From: Octopus sinensis
Lineage: Eukaryota
Assembly (NCBI RefSeq): GCF_006345805.1
Contig: NC_043000.1
Span: 89,838,001 to 89,902,000, forward strand
Length of the DNA stretch: 64,000 bases
Reading direction: 5' to 3'
Shown: positions 1 through 12,461 of the stretch, in pieces
How the letters are laid out: each line of letters begins with the position of its first letter
Numbering within the stretch: position 1 is the first letter of the stretch
The notes under the pieces: model-generated
Databases searched by the model: none
Seen by the model: the letters and a program-made list of their open reading frames with translations, nothing else
What the model was told of the DNA's origin: nothing
Made by a program: the position numbers and the translations under genes

Positions 1-287
1 GAAAACACCTAAAACCTCCACGAGGCTCCGGCAGGGGATGGTGGTAATCCCTGCTGTACTCTTTCACCACCACTTTCTCTCACTCTTACTTCCTGTTTCT
101 GTTGTACCTGTATTTCAAGGGGCCGGCCTTGTCACTCTCTGTGTCACGCTGAATATCCCCGAGAACTACGTTAAGGGTGCACGTGTCTGTGGAGTGCTCA
201 GCCACTTACACGTTAATTTCACGAGCAGGCTGTTCCGTTGATTCAGATCAACCGGAGCCCTCATCGTCGTAACCGACGGAGTGCTTC
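1..287. mobile_element. Interspersed repeat fragment (probable LINE-derived), cut by the window start
   Basis: GC-richer non-microsatellite block ending at an (AT)n/(GT)n tract; resembles a repeat I recall from octopus DNA; no coding motif found. Confidence 0.3.
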
Positions 288-300
288 CATATATATATAG

Positions 301-374
<74 letters not shown>

Positions 375-386
375 ATATATACATAT

Positions 387-550
387 ATACGACGGGATTC
401 TTTCAGTTTCAGTCTAGCAAATCCACTCACAAGGCTTTGGTCGGCCTGTGGCTATAGTAGAAGACACTTGCCCAAGGTCCCACGCAGTGGGACTAAACCC
501 GGAACCATGCGGTTCGTAAGCAAGCTACTTACCACACACCCACTCCTACG

Positions 551-552
<2 letters not shown>
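387..552 (-). mobile_element. tRNA-derived SINE, family S1 (5' half)
   Basis: Reverse complement of the GGCGCAGGAGTGGCTGTGTGGTAAG...GAAAGAAGCCCGTCGTAT head seen intact at 10877; flanked by microsatellites. Confidence 0.85.
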
Positions 553-585
<33 letters not shown>

Positions 586-851
586 CGTACCCATCACACC
601 TATTAAAAAAATTAATATAGATCCATTTTAGTCAATCAGTGCCTATTGGTTGAAGAAATGTTGAATTAGTATGTATACGTAATAGCGTCTCTTGAAAGAA
701 ATATATCTATTCTTAACGATTTTATGAAAATGTGTGAGACTGTGCATATTTTTTTTATATCATAGGCCAACAATAGCCATAGGGTGTTTATACGTACATA
801 AGAATATGATTACACTTACATGCATACATGTGTTCATATATATATATATAT

Positions 852-1399
852 GGTGGCTGCCCCCTCGTTATCGAGTATGGCCATTGCACGAAGTTTAACC
901 AATGTTGTTATCGTGCAATGCCTGTGCAAGAAGTTTTTTTTTAAATGAGGAAAGGTTGTGCACTGATTCAATCCCACTCACTAAGCAACAGCAGCCATAA
1001 TCCGAAAAGAAGAACAAATCAACATCATCGGTAACCACTGAGCGCAGGTTTTATGTTGGAGTTATCCCAGTTACCTGAGTTACCTTCTCCTAGAAGGATG
1101 CCCTAACAAAGGCTAGGAGTCCTTCACTCCTAATGGTTTAACCGCGCGATCGGGTATTCAGTCCGATTATTTCTATGTCCCCACGCATGATACAGTCTTA
1201 AGACATTTATTGGATGGCCGCTGACTCTCAAGAGTTCCTCCGGCCTTTGACGGGTTTTGTTTTTCATCCCGCAAGGTGTCCAATAAACACCCTCCTCACC
1301 AAGCAAGCTTGGTGGGGTTGCCGGTTTAGTCGCCAACGACCCGACCATGCAACAGGTTGTACTGGGTTACATGTTACCAGTAGCACTCGAAAGTGACCT

Positions 1400-1402
<3 letters not shown>
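852..1402 (+). mobile_element. RTE-like non-autonomous element / RTE 5' UTR-like repeat
   Basis: Contains GAGTTACCTTCTCCTAG...CAAAGGCTAG, which I recognise as typical of RTE 5' regions; bounded by (AT)n on both sides; related motif near 63840. Confidence 0.4.
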
Positions 1403-1442
<40 letters not shown>

Positions 1443-1770
1443 GGTAAAGACCCCCTTCGGTCATGAATGACCATGGGATTGCACCTAGAAAGTTACCCTC
1501 CTAGACACAAGTCCGGGCAAGGTTGTTTATGGAAGCCCAGCAGTCGCCCATGCATACCGGCCTCCCCTCTCCACGCCACCAGTGTTATCCAAGGGAAAGA
1601 CAAAGGTCGATACAGCTTGGCACCAGTGACGTCGCAACTCATTTCTACAGCTGAGTGAACTGGAGCAACGTGAAATAAAGTGCCTTGCTCAAGAACACAA
1701 CACGCAGCCCGGTCCGGGATTCGAGCTCACAACCTCACGATCGTAAGCTCGACGCTCTAACCACTGAGCC
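1443..1770 (-). mobile_element. tRNA-derived SINE, family S4
   Basis: Minus strand reads GGCTCAGTGGTTAGAGCG (A box) ... GAGCTCGAATCCC (B-box-like); second copy at 15408-15740. Confidence 0.85.
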
Positions 1771-1828
1771 AATACATACATGCATACATACATACATACA
1801 TACATACATACATACATACATACATACA

Positions 1829-1859
<31 letters not shown>

Positions 1860-2101
1860 GTGCATGTATGTGTATGTATTTATGTATACTGTCCTTCATT
1901 TGTTAGTGGTATCATGCATGTTCTCTTGTAATGCAGCATGGTTTTCTGCTCTTTTGTAGAGAACGATCTCAGGTCCATCCAGCCGTAATTTTGCATATAA
2001 TGGCTGTCTTAGTAGTGAGTACGTGAAAAGATGCGTCATTACTCATATTTACCCTCGGGTCACACACTGTCTATTACTCTAAAATTACAATCTCTCCAGT
2101 G

Positions 2102-2154
<53 letters not shown>

Positions 2155-2524
2155 ATGCGCGCGCGTGTGATAAATTAACACAGGTTAGAAATGAAAGAGG
2201 CGATAAGAAGAATCAACAAAATTAAATAAAATATGTTGTTGTCATGGTGACATATAAGATTGTACTGTGACCAATTATTCATATTACGGTAAAACTATAA
2301 GAGCTGGTCTGAAATCCGTTGCTATAGTAATGTCGATGGGTGGATGGGTGGATGGATGGATGGATATGGGTGGGTGGATGGATGGATGGATTTGGGTGGA
2401 TGGGTGGATGGTTGGATGGATAGATGGATGGATGGATGTTCCCTTTCTCTTTTTAATTTTTTACCGGTCACCTACTTGGTTCCAAGGTTGTGAAGGAAAG
2501 CACCTTGTTTTAACTATCATCCAT

Positions 2525-2905
2525 TAAAACTTAAAGTCTTCCAGATTTTTATAGTTCCCTTTGTAGCGTATGAATTAAGGATTTGCGTTCTCTCCCCAAG
2601 ATCCCAAATTCAGCCATACTTTGCTCCAGAAGAATTGGGTGTATCCTGTTGCTCCAATAATAATAGGTATGAAGCTAAAGGCGTATCTTGGGTACTGGAT
2701 TTACAAACTCTGTTTCAATAGTTCATAGATGTCCTCTTTCTCTTTTTTTTTTTTTTTTTGTCTAACCAAATTAGTGCCAAGAGGGCAGCTGATTCATTGT
2801 GGTCCCAGACAGTCTATCATTCTGAAAGATGCCTTTTTTTGTCGTGAATGCTCTCCGAGTCAATTTGCTCCTTATCACTTCTAAGTTTTGGTCTTTCAGG
2901 TATTC
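2525..2905 (-). pseudogene. Highly degenerate RLE-type non-LTR retrotransposon remnant
   Basis: Minus-strand translation gives KKGIFQNDRLS (cf. RGIFQGDSLS) and YPRYAFSFIPIIIGATG (cf. C-terminal PIIVGALG of RLE elements). Confidence 0.45.
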
Positions 2906-3049
2906 GATAGCAATGTATGTATGTATGTGTGTTTGTGCATGTGAGTTTGCATCTGTGTGTGTATCTGCGCATGCGTGTCTGTGTGGGGGGTGACTGAATG
3001 CACGAATGCAGTGGGCAAGAAACACTGAAAAGCATGTAATAAATACAAA

Positions 3050-3283
3050 TATATTTCTTTATTGCCCACAAGGGACTAAACATAGAGAGGACAAACAAGG
3101 ACAGACAAACGGATTAAGTCGATTATATCAACTCCAGTGTGTAACTGGTACTTATTTAATCGACCCCAAAAGGATGAAAGGCAAAGTCGACCTCGGCGGA
3201 ATTTGAACTCAGAACGTAGCGGCAGACGAAATACGGCTACGCATTTTGCCCGGCGTGCTAACGGCTCTGCCAGCTCGCCGCCT
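3050..3283 (-). mobile_element. tRNA-derived SINE, family S2 (central GGTCGACTTTGCCTTTCATCCTTTCGGGGTCGATAAA domain, possibly Meta-domain type)
   Basis: Near-identical to copies at 6382-6611, 21878-22330 and 52092-52283; degenerate copies at ~3400-4030, 5480-5600, 8600-8760, 15190-15330, 31205-31290. Confidence 0.85.
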
Positions 3284-3318
3284 TCTATGCTCAGACCTGA
3301 TAAAACACCTAACAGTCA

Positions 3319-3369
<51 letters not shown>

Positions 3370-4489
3370 GATTATTATTAATGTGGAAAGATGGCAGAAT
3401 CATTATTGTACTGGACAAAATGCTTAGGGGTATTTTTGGCTGTTTACATTCTTATCAAACACTACCAAAGTTGACTTTTTCCTTTTATCTTTTTCGTGCC
3501 AACAAAATGGTACCAGTCAAGAAGTGAGGTCAGTGTAATCGACATGGCCCCTCTCCTCAAAGTGCTAGCCTTGTGCCAAAATTAGAAAGAGATAATAAGG
3601 TGGCGAACTAGCGAAATCGTTAGTGCGTCGATAAAATGCGTAGGGGAATTTCTTTTTGTTCTTTACATTGAGTTAATATTGCTCTGAGAACAAGTTTACT
3701 TTTCATCCCTTCACTGTCGATAAAGTACCAGTAAAATACTGGTGTCAATATAATCGACTGATCCGCTCCTCTTAAAAACGCTACCCTTGTACGTAAGTCA
3801 GAAACCCTTACTATACACAGATAAAAAAAAAACGTCGAGCTGGCAAAATCGTTAAAGTTTCGGAAAAACGAATATTCTGTGATATTCGTTCAGAATATTT
3901 ACATTCTGAGCTCAAATTGTACTAGTCGCCATTGGAGGGAAAGGAGTCGATAAAATAAAGTACCAGTCAAGTACTAGGGTCGATGTTATCGACTAATTTT
4001 CTCCCCTTAAAAAGGCTGGCCTTGTGTCTGAATTCGAAACTCTGTGTGTGTGTGTGTGTATGTGTGTGTGTGTGTGTATGTGTGTGTGTGTGTGATCGTG
4101 AGTCCAATTCTTGAACCAGATCATGCGTTGCGTTCTTGAGCAAAACACTTCATTTCGCGTTGCTCTGTGATCAGTTTGGCACCTAACACGTGGTACACCA
4201 TGCACCTGTTCAGGAAACGTCGATTTAATGGAAAAAGCGAGGTAACGTTCAGCACAAACATTCGATCTTTTACAGACTACGAGATACTACCACTGTACAC
4301 ACGTGTGTGTGTGTGTTGCATAAAAAGTTTATGCCGTACCAGGAATCATTATTTTATGAAATTTTAATGTAAAATTATTTCACGAACCTTAAAAGTATCT
4401 CTCTGCTACTTCTTTACAATTGCAGACGCATCTTGCAGCTTCAGGACTAAAATATATATATTTAAATCGTGTACTAGCTGCTTAATAGT

Positions 4490-4738
4490 GGAGGCGCGTG
4501 GCTTAGTGGTTAGGGTGTCAGTATCATGATCGTAAGATTGTGGTTTCGATTCCTGGACCGGGTGACGCATTGTGTTCTTGAGTAAAACACTTCATTTCAT
4601 GTTGCTCCAGTCCACTCAGCTGGCAAAAATGAGTAACGCTGCTATGGACTGGCGTCTCGTCCAGCTGGGGAACACATACGCCATAGAAACCGGGAAACCG
4701 GGCCCATGAGCCTGGCTAGGCTTTAAAAGGGCACATTT
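4490..4738 (+). mobile_element. tRNA-derived SINE, family S3
   Basis: GGCTTAGTGGTTAGGG (A box) ... GGTTTCGATTCC (B box); second copy at 25139-25375; partial copies at ~4095-4260 and ~8070-8230. Confidence 0.85.
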
Positions 4739-5139
4739 AAAAACTAGATGCTTAATAAAGATACTAAACATTTATTACAGATATAGACTGAAGGAACAGT
4801 AAGTATCGAAAGAAACATTCGAAATACAATAATATCTGTTTCAACACACCGTTTCACATCAGGATTCTTGCAACACAAATTCATAAATGTCATTTTCATT
4901 TTTTTTTTAACTTTAACTGGTTTCAGTCATTGACTGCACCCATGCTGGGATAATGCCTTGAAGGGTTTAGTCGACCTCAGTACTTTTTTTTTTTAGCCTA
5001 GTAATTATTCTTTCGATCTGTTTTGCTAAACCGCTGAGTTACGATGGACGAAAACAAACCAACACCTGTTGACAAACAGTAAGGTGTGGATAAAAACGAA
5101 CACACACACATGGGTGTATGTGTGTGTGTTTGTGTTGTA

Positions 5140-5432
5140 TTGTTCTTTCTCGAGCCATGCCTGGCTCATAGGGCCGGTTTCACGATTTCCTTGGCGTATA
5201 GGTTCCCCACCTAGACGGGACACCGGTCCGTCGCAGGTGAGCTGCAAGATGCAGGAGGAAAGAGTGAGAGAAAGTTGTGGCGAAAGAGTCAGCAGAAGTT
5301 CGCCATTACCTTCTGCCGGAGCCGCGTGGAGCTTAGGTGTTTCGCTCGTAAACACACACATCGCCCGGTCTGAGATTCGAACCCACGATCCCTCGACCGC
5401 GAGTCCGCTGCTCTAACCACTAGGCCACATGT
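5140..5432 (-). mobile_element. tRNA-derived SINE, family S5
   Basis: Minus strand head GGCCTAGTGGTTAGAGCAGCGGACTCGCGGTCGAGGGATCGTGGGTTCGAATCTC with A and B boxes. Confidence 0.75.
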
Positions 5433-6381
5433 GTTTGTGTGTGTGTACACGACAAGCCTCTTTCAGTTTCCGTCTCTTTACGTTCTGAGTTCATATACCA
5501 CTAAGTTTACTTTGCTTTTCTTCATTTCGATATCGATAAAATAAGAACCAGATGAGAACTGAGGCCGATGTTATCGACTTCACTCTCCGTCGATATTAAT
5601 GGCCTTGTGGCAAAATTTATAATCATTATTTTTTCTTGACTTTAAATTATTGTGTATTCATACCTAACCAAATAACAATTTATGCAGAAAGCAAATAATA
5701 ATTTGTAGAAATTATAACTTGCAAATCTGAATATTTTACTGTATTCAGTTGCGTTCCTTTGTATCCAAGCCTAACCCGAATCGACTTTTGTCTAACTCCA
5801 CTCCTAACTCAATAAATTAAGCGGCAGATACGATCGAACAATATAAGCCTTCCTTGACTAACGTGTGACCTTGTGCTAACGTAAGAAATCAATTTTAATA
5901 TAATACTCAATAACAAAAGCTTTATTTATTTTTATAAAAAAAAATTGTCCTAATCTCCCTCATCCTGCCACAAGAATACATAAATTATTTCTTGAGAAAA
6001 AATAAAACAAATACATACATAAACTAATAAGTAAATAAATAATAAGTTGGGACTTGAATCTCCATCTTTTTTTCGGTGACGTTCAATCGTAGCAAAAATT
6101 CGATACTATTGAATTAACAATGAAACGGTATATAATTAATATTTCCCAGCAACGATTGGTTGAACAAACAATCCTTTCAGATGGTAAGTATTCGTGTATC
6201 TACTTGAACTACGTCAACAAAATGGGAATGCATTTCTTACAATGAATTTTTATAAATTATAATATTATAATATTGTGTAACTTCCGATGCTGTTTCAACA
6301 ATAAATAAAGAACACTCTTCATACATTTATCGTTGTCCCGTTTTACATATGAATTTGCGTATGTTTCATGTATATATATAC

Positions 6382-6611
6382 TTATTTCTTTATTGCCCAC
6401 AAGGGGCTAAACATAGAGGGGACAAACAAGGACAGACAAAGGGATTAAGTCGATTACATCGATCCCAGTGCGTAACTGGTACTTAATTTATCGACCCGGA
6501 AAGGATGAAAGGCAAAGTCGACCTCGGCGGAATTTGAACTCAGAACGCGGCGGACGAAATACCACAAAGCATTTCGCCCGGCTTGCTAACGTTTCTGCCA
6601 GCTCGCCGCCT
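6382..6611 (-). mobile_element. SINE S2, full-length
   Basis: Matches 3050-3283 end to end. Confidence 0.85.
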
Positions 6612-6619
6612 TTATATAT

Positions 6620-6800
6620 ATACTGTTTTACTATTTTACTTGTTTCAGTCATTTGACTGCGGCCATGCTGGAGCACCGCCTTTAGTCGAGTAAATCGACC
6701 CCCAGGACTGATTCTTTGTAAGCCTAGTACTTATTCTATCAGTCTCTTTTGCCGAACCGCTAAGTTACGGGGACGTAAAGGCACCAGCATCGGCTGTCAG
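6620..6800 (-). mobile_element. SINE S1, 3' half
   Basis: Reverse complement of 11110-11290. Confidence 0.85.
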
Positions 6801-7115
6801 CTTATTGTGTGGGACGAGTGTACTATGGCCCACAAAGGAGCCATCGACGCATTAAACAGAACCCTTCAGGATATCAAGGGTTTCGAAGCCCCCATGGGAG
6901 GTATTACGCTTTTGCTTTCAGGTGTCTTTAGGCAAACTCTTCCTGTTATCCCCAAAGGCACGCGAGCAGATGAGGTTCAAGCATGCCTTAAGTTGTCTCC
7001 GTTCTTGCGTCATGTCAGGTCACTGACCCTGATAATCAACATGAGGGCTCGATTGCTCGGCGACCAAGCAGCGGCTAACTTTGCAAGTGATATTCTGAAA
7101 CTTGGCGACGGTAGT
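6797..7115 (+). pseudogene. Helitron PIF1-like helicase fragment
   Basis: QLIVWDECTMAHK...GGITLLLSGVFRQTLPVIPKG...ACLK...NMR...LKLGDG are PIF1/Helitron helicase motifs; the GDFRQ Asp is changed to Val. Confidence 0.85.
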
Positions 7116-7179
7116 ATCAGAAACACCTACCTGCAATATAAGCAAGTGCTGAAACGCCAAGTGCTGAAATAATAACGAA

Positions 7180-7450
7180 ATGAAAAAACCTTGGGTAAGA
7201 ATGCTTAGGTATGTCAAGTTTGATCACAATCGGATAACTTTTTGAAAACATCGATAATTATCGATCGAGTTTTTGTGAAAACCGAACATTGATGGAAGCA
7301 GTTGTAATGACTAAAACATGCCTCGGAACATACCAAATGCATTTCTGAAATTTCAGTCGAATCGGTTAGGTGGAACTCGGGTTATAAACCTTCGAACTTG
7401 CACACACAAACACACATACACACACACAAACAGTTTCTGCTTTATATAGA
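7180..7450 (+). mobile_element. Probable non-autonomous Helitron (DINE-1/Lep1-like) 3' end
   Basis: AAATTTCAGTCGAATCGGTTAG...ACACACAAACAGTTTCTGCTTTATATAGAT resembles recalled 3' ends of such elements and follows the helicase fragment. Confidence 0.45.
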
Positions 7451-7451
7451 T

Positions 7452-7570
<119 letters not shown>

Positions 7571-7673
7571 TGGTAAAAACGGTAAGATAACAAAAGAATG
7601 AAAGAGACCTCAATATTATGTAAATAGAGGAAATTTATGTGTAAAATAATGTGACAATTATTCAATAGCCAAG

Positions 7674-7732
7674 ATAAAACTCTGAGTTTCGGATGCCGAG
7701 GTGGAAATCCACAGCACCATCTCTTCGGTTAT
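7674..7732 (-). ncRNA. Degenerate minimal type I hammerhead ribozyme in a PLE pLTR-like fragment
   Basis: Minus: ATAA-CCGAAGA-GATG...CATCC-GAAA-CTCAGAG-TT-TTAT; core U4 is C in this arm, while the inverted arm (7741-7767) keeps CTGAAGA. Confidence 0.55.
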
Positions 7733-7798
7733 CTGGCCAGATAACTGAAGAGATGGTGTTGTGGATTATTTTACAGATAAATATATATCTATATATAT

Positions 7799-7829
<31 letters not shown>

Positions 7830-7974
7830 CACAATCAAGGAACGGCCATAATAGGCCATTCACCCACTAGAAATAACAGCCAAAAGCTTCAACCGCAAAA
7901 AAATTCTACAAAATATTTTGCCACCCTATATTGATGAAATATATATATATATTATATATATATATATATATATA

Positions 7975-8057
<83 letters not shown>

Positions 8058-8857
8058 AATGGGCTGGTGGGTGCCTGGCCTAATGGTTTGGAATGTTGCT
8101 CGCAGGTTCGCGGTGTCCAGACCTGGTAATGTTTAGTATTCTTCAGTAAAACGCTTAATTTCACGTTGCTCCAGTCTACTCAACTGTAAATAAGAAAAAC
8201 CTTCAACTGATTGGCGTCCCATTCATGAGTCATGTTACTATGTCGATCATTTGTACTCCGTGGAAATTGAGTAACGGAGGATCTGCAACACAAATGCCCA
8301 AAGCACTTTAGTTTTTTTTACATGTGTGTATGAGTGTGTGCGTATGAGAGACAAGGGGAGAGAAAGAGAGTAAGTGAGCGTGCATGCGTGTCTTGTCTTG
8401 GGCTTTCAACTACGATTCGCCGTCCATTCGAAGGTTGCGGGCTCGAATATTGCGGTTTCTAGATTTTTATGTAGTTATTAGTTTGTCCTCAAAATTCAAA
8501 TATTGCATCTAAGAATTCGATTTACTGCTGTATATGTTTTGTATAAGAAATGAAATCAAAAATAATTGTTTCGAATTTGACATGAGGTCAGCAACTGCTG
8601 ATTACACCGATCCTAGTACTTGCGTAGTACTTTATTTCATCGACCCCGAAAGGTTAAAAGCAAAGTTTACCCAAGCAGGATTTGAAATCAGAATGTTAAA
8701 AGTCAGAAGAAATGCTGCTAAACATTTGTCTGACGCTCTAACGATTCTGTAAGCTCGATCAAAAAGAGAATATTATTCGTTCGTCTAACTCATATAACAC
8801 TTAAATACTATATGATTTCAGCATGTAGTAAACGTCATTCGTCACTAGATACAAAGT

Positions 8858-9220
8858 GCATTTCAGACGTTTTGAGACTTTTTCAAAGAGACATTTATAA
8901 ATTTAAAAAGAACTACAAAACTCTAACCTTCAAAGTAGGATCCTCTGAGTTTAATGTACTTCTTGAAACGTTCCGGCCACTTCGTGGAGGCCACATGAAA
9001 AAATGAAAACAAATACGTAATTTAATAAGTAAATAGATAATAAGTTGGGACTTGAATCTCCATCTTTTTTTCGGCGACGTTTAATCGTAGCAAAATTCGA
9101 TACTATTGAATTAACAATGAAACGGTATATGATTATTATTTCCAAAGTTAAGATGTTCAGGCCCCATCTCACAGTCTCCTTCATTTCCTCAATGTCTTCA
9201 AAACGACTGCCCTTGAGGTT
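8858..9220 (-). pseudogene. Mariner transposase 3' end fragment, interrupted at ~9000-9147
   Basis: ENLKGSRFEDIEEMK; terminal sequence GCATTTCAGACGTTTTGAGACTTTT matches the TIR of the element at 55703-57075. Confidence 0.7.
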
Positions 9221-10876
9221 CTCAGGCAAAAGAGATTGATAGAATAAATACCAGGATTTTAAAAAAGTAAGTACTGGAGTCGATTCATTCGACCAAAATT
9301 CTTCAAAGTGGTGCCCCAGCATGGCCACAGTCTAATGACTGAAACAAGTAAATGATAAAAGATAAAAGATAGGCTCTCGATTTATTTATTTTTTTCATGA
9401 GTTTTAAACGAATAAGGGCAGCTGATATGAAGGGTGGAAGTGCTAAGTAAAAAGAGGAAGGGATTAGATTGGGTTGGATTGGATTGGAAATAAAGATAGC
9501 AAAAATTAGTAAACATGAATGTGATGTTACCAAAACTAATATAGACTGAGAACAAACTACAGCTCAATCAATAACACATAATAGCAATATTGAACTTCTA
9601 TTCAAGTCATAACAACTATTGCATTATTATTCAGAGTTCGAAGCTTTATCAAAGAAGAATGAATAGAAACTAATGTTGCTATATTATCGAATTTTCGAAC
9701 AAGTAGAAACAAAAGCACTGTAATGACTAAGTCTATATGTCAATTTAGATCGAAGATTGCAATCAAAAGAACATTATTTTCAAGCAAATTGTCAATCAGT
9801 TTCCAGCAGTTGAAGGAAAATTAAGAGAACACGAATGTGAAAGGGAAAGTAACAGAACATTTCCAGGAGGTTGGACCATTCTGTGGGTCTTTCAACTACA
9901 ATTGGTGACTTAGATGAGGATTATGACCAAGACAGAATAGATGAAGCCGAGACGCAAACGAAAAAATTCTTAATTAAAGTATTAGATGCTACTTTTTTTA
10001 GAAATGCTTTAAAATAAAAATTCAAAAAAAAATGACGATAATGGATATACATCTGAATGATACAAATCTGAAGACGAATCGAAAATACAATCAACTGCTA
10101 TAAAGTCATGCAAGAAGAAAGAAAATTAAAATATCTCGTTCATAATATTTTGAAGAAAATAAAAGGGCAATTAAAACGTTTTATTTTATTTTATTATATT
10201 TTTTATTTCTTTATTTTGCATATGGTTGTACCAATGTCAATAAACTCATAAAACTGAAAACTGCGTTTTATTTATTTGTATCGATATTATATAGTTTATA
10301 TTTTCACCATAACATGGAAGTATGAATTGTATAATATAGTGAAAATATAACTTTATAAAGATGGGTGGCCTTCGATTATAGGTTTGCTCTAGTTTTTGTT
10401 GTTGAACTCCATTTCTCAATTAATTGAGCAGATTTATTATCACAGGCGTTCTAGCAATGACTATCCTGAGCTATTTTATATATATCTATATATATTAGAG
10501 ACTACATTCTCCAAATTGTTTTTCTTTATTTAAGGTGTCAAGGTGAAATTTCGGGCAATTTCGAATCGTTTCTGACGTAAGAGCAAGGCCAGAACAATGG
10601 AGGATAGAGTCATTCGTTAAGATCGACATCAATAAATGAATGGTTTATTTTTATTTTATCGACACCAGATGAATGAGGATTTTAATTTGGAATTTAAAGA
10701 CGCTAGTGCCTTGTAAAAATATTGTCTGATATACCGTGTGTATGCGTGAAATTTTAAATACTACTGGTCAAAACCAATCTGTGTATGTGTGTGATTTTCT
10801 ATGTATTGTATATATCTTTGTGTGGATGTACGTGTGTGTGAGTGAGTGTGTGTGTGCGTATATATATATATATATA

Positions 10877-11294
10877 GGCGCAGGAGTGGCTGTGTGGTAA
10901 GTAGCTTGTTTACCAACCACATGGTTCCGGGTTCAGTTCCATTGCGTGGCACCTTGGGCAAGTGTCTTCTACTATAGCCTCGGGCCGACCAAAGCCCTGT
11001 GAGTGGATTTGGTAGACGGAAACTGAAAGAAGCCCGTCGTATATATGTGTATATATATATATATATATGAGTGTATGTGTGTCTGTGTTTGTCACCCTAG
11101 CATTGCTTGACAACCGATGCTGGTGTGTTTATGTCCCCGTTACTTAGCGGTTCGGCAAAAGAGACCGATAGAATAAGTACTGGGCTTACAAAAGAATAAG
11201 TCCCGGGATAGAATTGCTCGATTAAAGGCGGTGCTCCAGCATGGCCGCAGTCAAATGACTGAAACAAGTAAAAGAGTAAAAGAGTAAAAGAGTA
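10877..11294 (+). mobile_element. SINE S1, full-length bipartite copy with internal microsatellite and (GAGTAAAA)n tail
   Basis: Head with GGTTCAGTTCC B-box-like motif; same structure at 63381-63810; partial copies at 4905-5060, 9270-9370, 18105-18245, 20080-20235, 48813-49225, 55220-55345, 61205-61360, 61790-62008, 62485-62670. Confidence 0.9.
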
Positions 11295-11392
11295 ATATAG
11301 TGTACTGTTCCGCGATGGTAAGATCAACAAAAAAGTATTTCATCTGGTGAGAGATAAATATTATTTAACAAACACAATATATGTTTTTTATA

Positions 11393-11474
11393 TGTTACTA
11401 TTAGTTTCATGTGCTGAGAACAAGCGAAATATTGTTTTATAACACATCTGGTGTCCCAGTACATTCATCAGACA
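11393..11474 (-). ncRNA. Type I hammerhead ribozyme in the 3' pLTR of PLE-A
   Basis: Minus: TGT-CTGATGA-ATGT(A CTGGGA...TCTCAG C)ACAT-GAAA-CTAATAG-TA-ACA; intact core, GUA site, ~210 bp downstream of the GIY-YIG stop. Confidence 0.75.
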
Positions 11475-11683
11475 CTACCTGCATGGCATAACGAACTAAA
11501 AGTAGAACGAGAGAAAGAGAGAGAAAAGATGAGAAGGAAGTATATATAAAAATGTAGTCGATTGAAAAGCCGGAAAAGGAAAAAGTAATCAGAAAGAAAC
11601 AAAAGAGGAATAAAAGTTATTTTCCTTGAACTGTAAATTATAAGGATGAAAAGATATTGGATTAGATCTTATGTAACAGTTAT

Positions 11684-12460
11684 TTAATCCGGTGGGAGAG
11701 TTACTTCCCAGCTCTTCAACAGGAACTTAGACATATGCTTACAGCCACTGAAAATTTCGGATCTAGAATTCAGCAGTGAGTTAGTGCTCTTAGATCTGAA
11801 AAGGATCTGGGCCCTTTCAGCTGCGCATAGTTTACATTGTTTTGATCCGTAACATATGGGGAGGATTTTTCGACTATTTCCCACTTTATCGTATGTGGTG
11901 TTGCGTTCGATTTCAAACTCCATACGTGGCTAGTCAACTTAGTAGCATTGATTTTGTCTCTGTGTCGGAAGAAAGATACGTGAATAGCATAGCAATTCTT
12001 GAATACTCCTTCACATAATCCGTTGTAGCTTTTCTTATCGGCTGTGTTATTATCTAGCGTTGCAGTAATTACTGCCTCACATATGTCGGATTTAATCACA
12101 CATCGCCGGTCGAGTACACAGGTTCCTGGGTCTCGATAGTCAGAACTGGGAGCGGGCTCTTGGTGTTGGTCTCGTGTAAAGATACTTTTGATATTGGGCC
12201 AGCAGCTATATGATAATTTCACAGATCACCTGTTAAATATTTTCTTGTACCTGTGATTTTCTGGAAAATGTTTGTCTAGGAAAGACAGGAATTTTTTATC
12301 TGTTAGTTTTTACGTTAAAGGAAAAGGGAGTTGCGAAGCAAATAATTTTCCTAGGTCTATTTTTAGGTCTATTATTATTCCGATTAATATTAGAGAGGTT
12401 ATATATTAATTTATTTTTAAAGCCACTATTGACTAGGGTATTGTTGCAGCAGGGGCTACT
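11684..12460 (-). pseudogene. PLE-A: 3' fragment of a Penelope-like element (thumb/linker plus GIY-YIG endonuclease)
   Basis: RKIICFATPFSFNVKT, KLSYSCWPNIKSI, CVLDRRC, YNGLCEGVFK...H...F, CKLCAAE, LLNSRSEIFSGCKHMSKF; several frameshifts. Confidence 0.85.
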
Positions 12461-12461
12461 A

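Noticed and set aside
852-945. HDV-like ribozyme expected at RTE 5' ends
   Set aside because: Hairpins are present (CTCG/CGAG; ATTGCACGA/TCGTGCAAT) but I could not fit the nested P1/P1.1/P2/P3 topology
4490-5432. Genuine tRNA genes
   Set aside because: tRNA-like heads lack complete cloverleafs and continue into SINE bodies present in multiple copies
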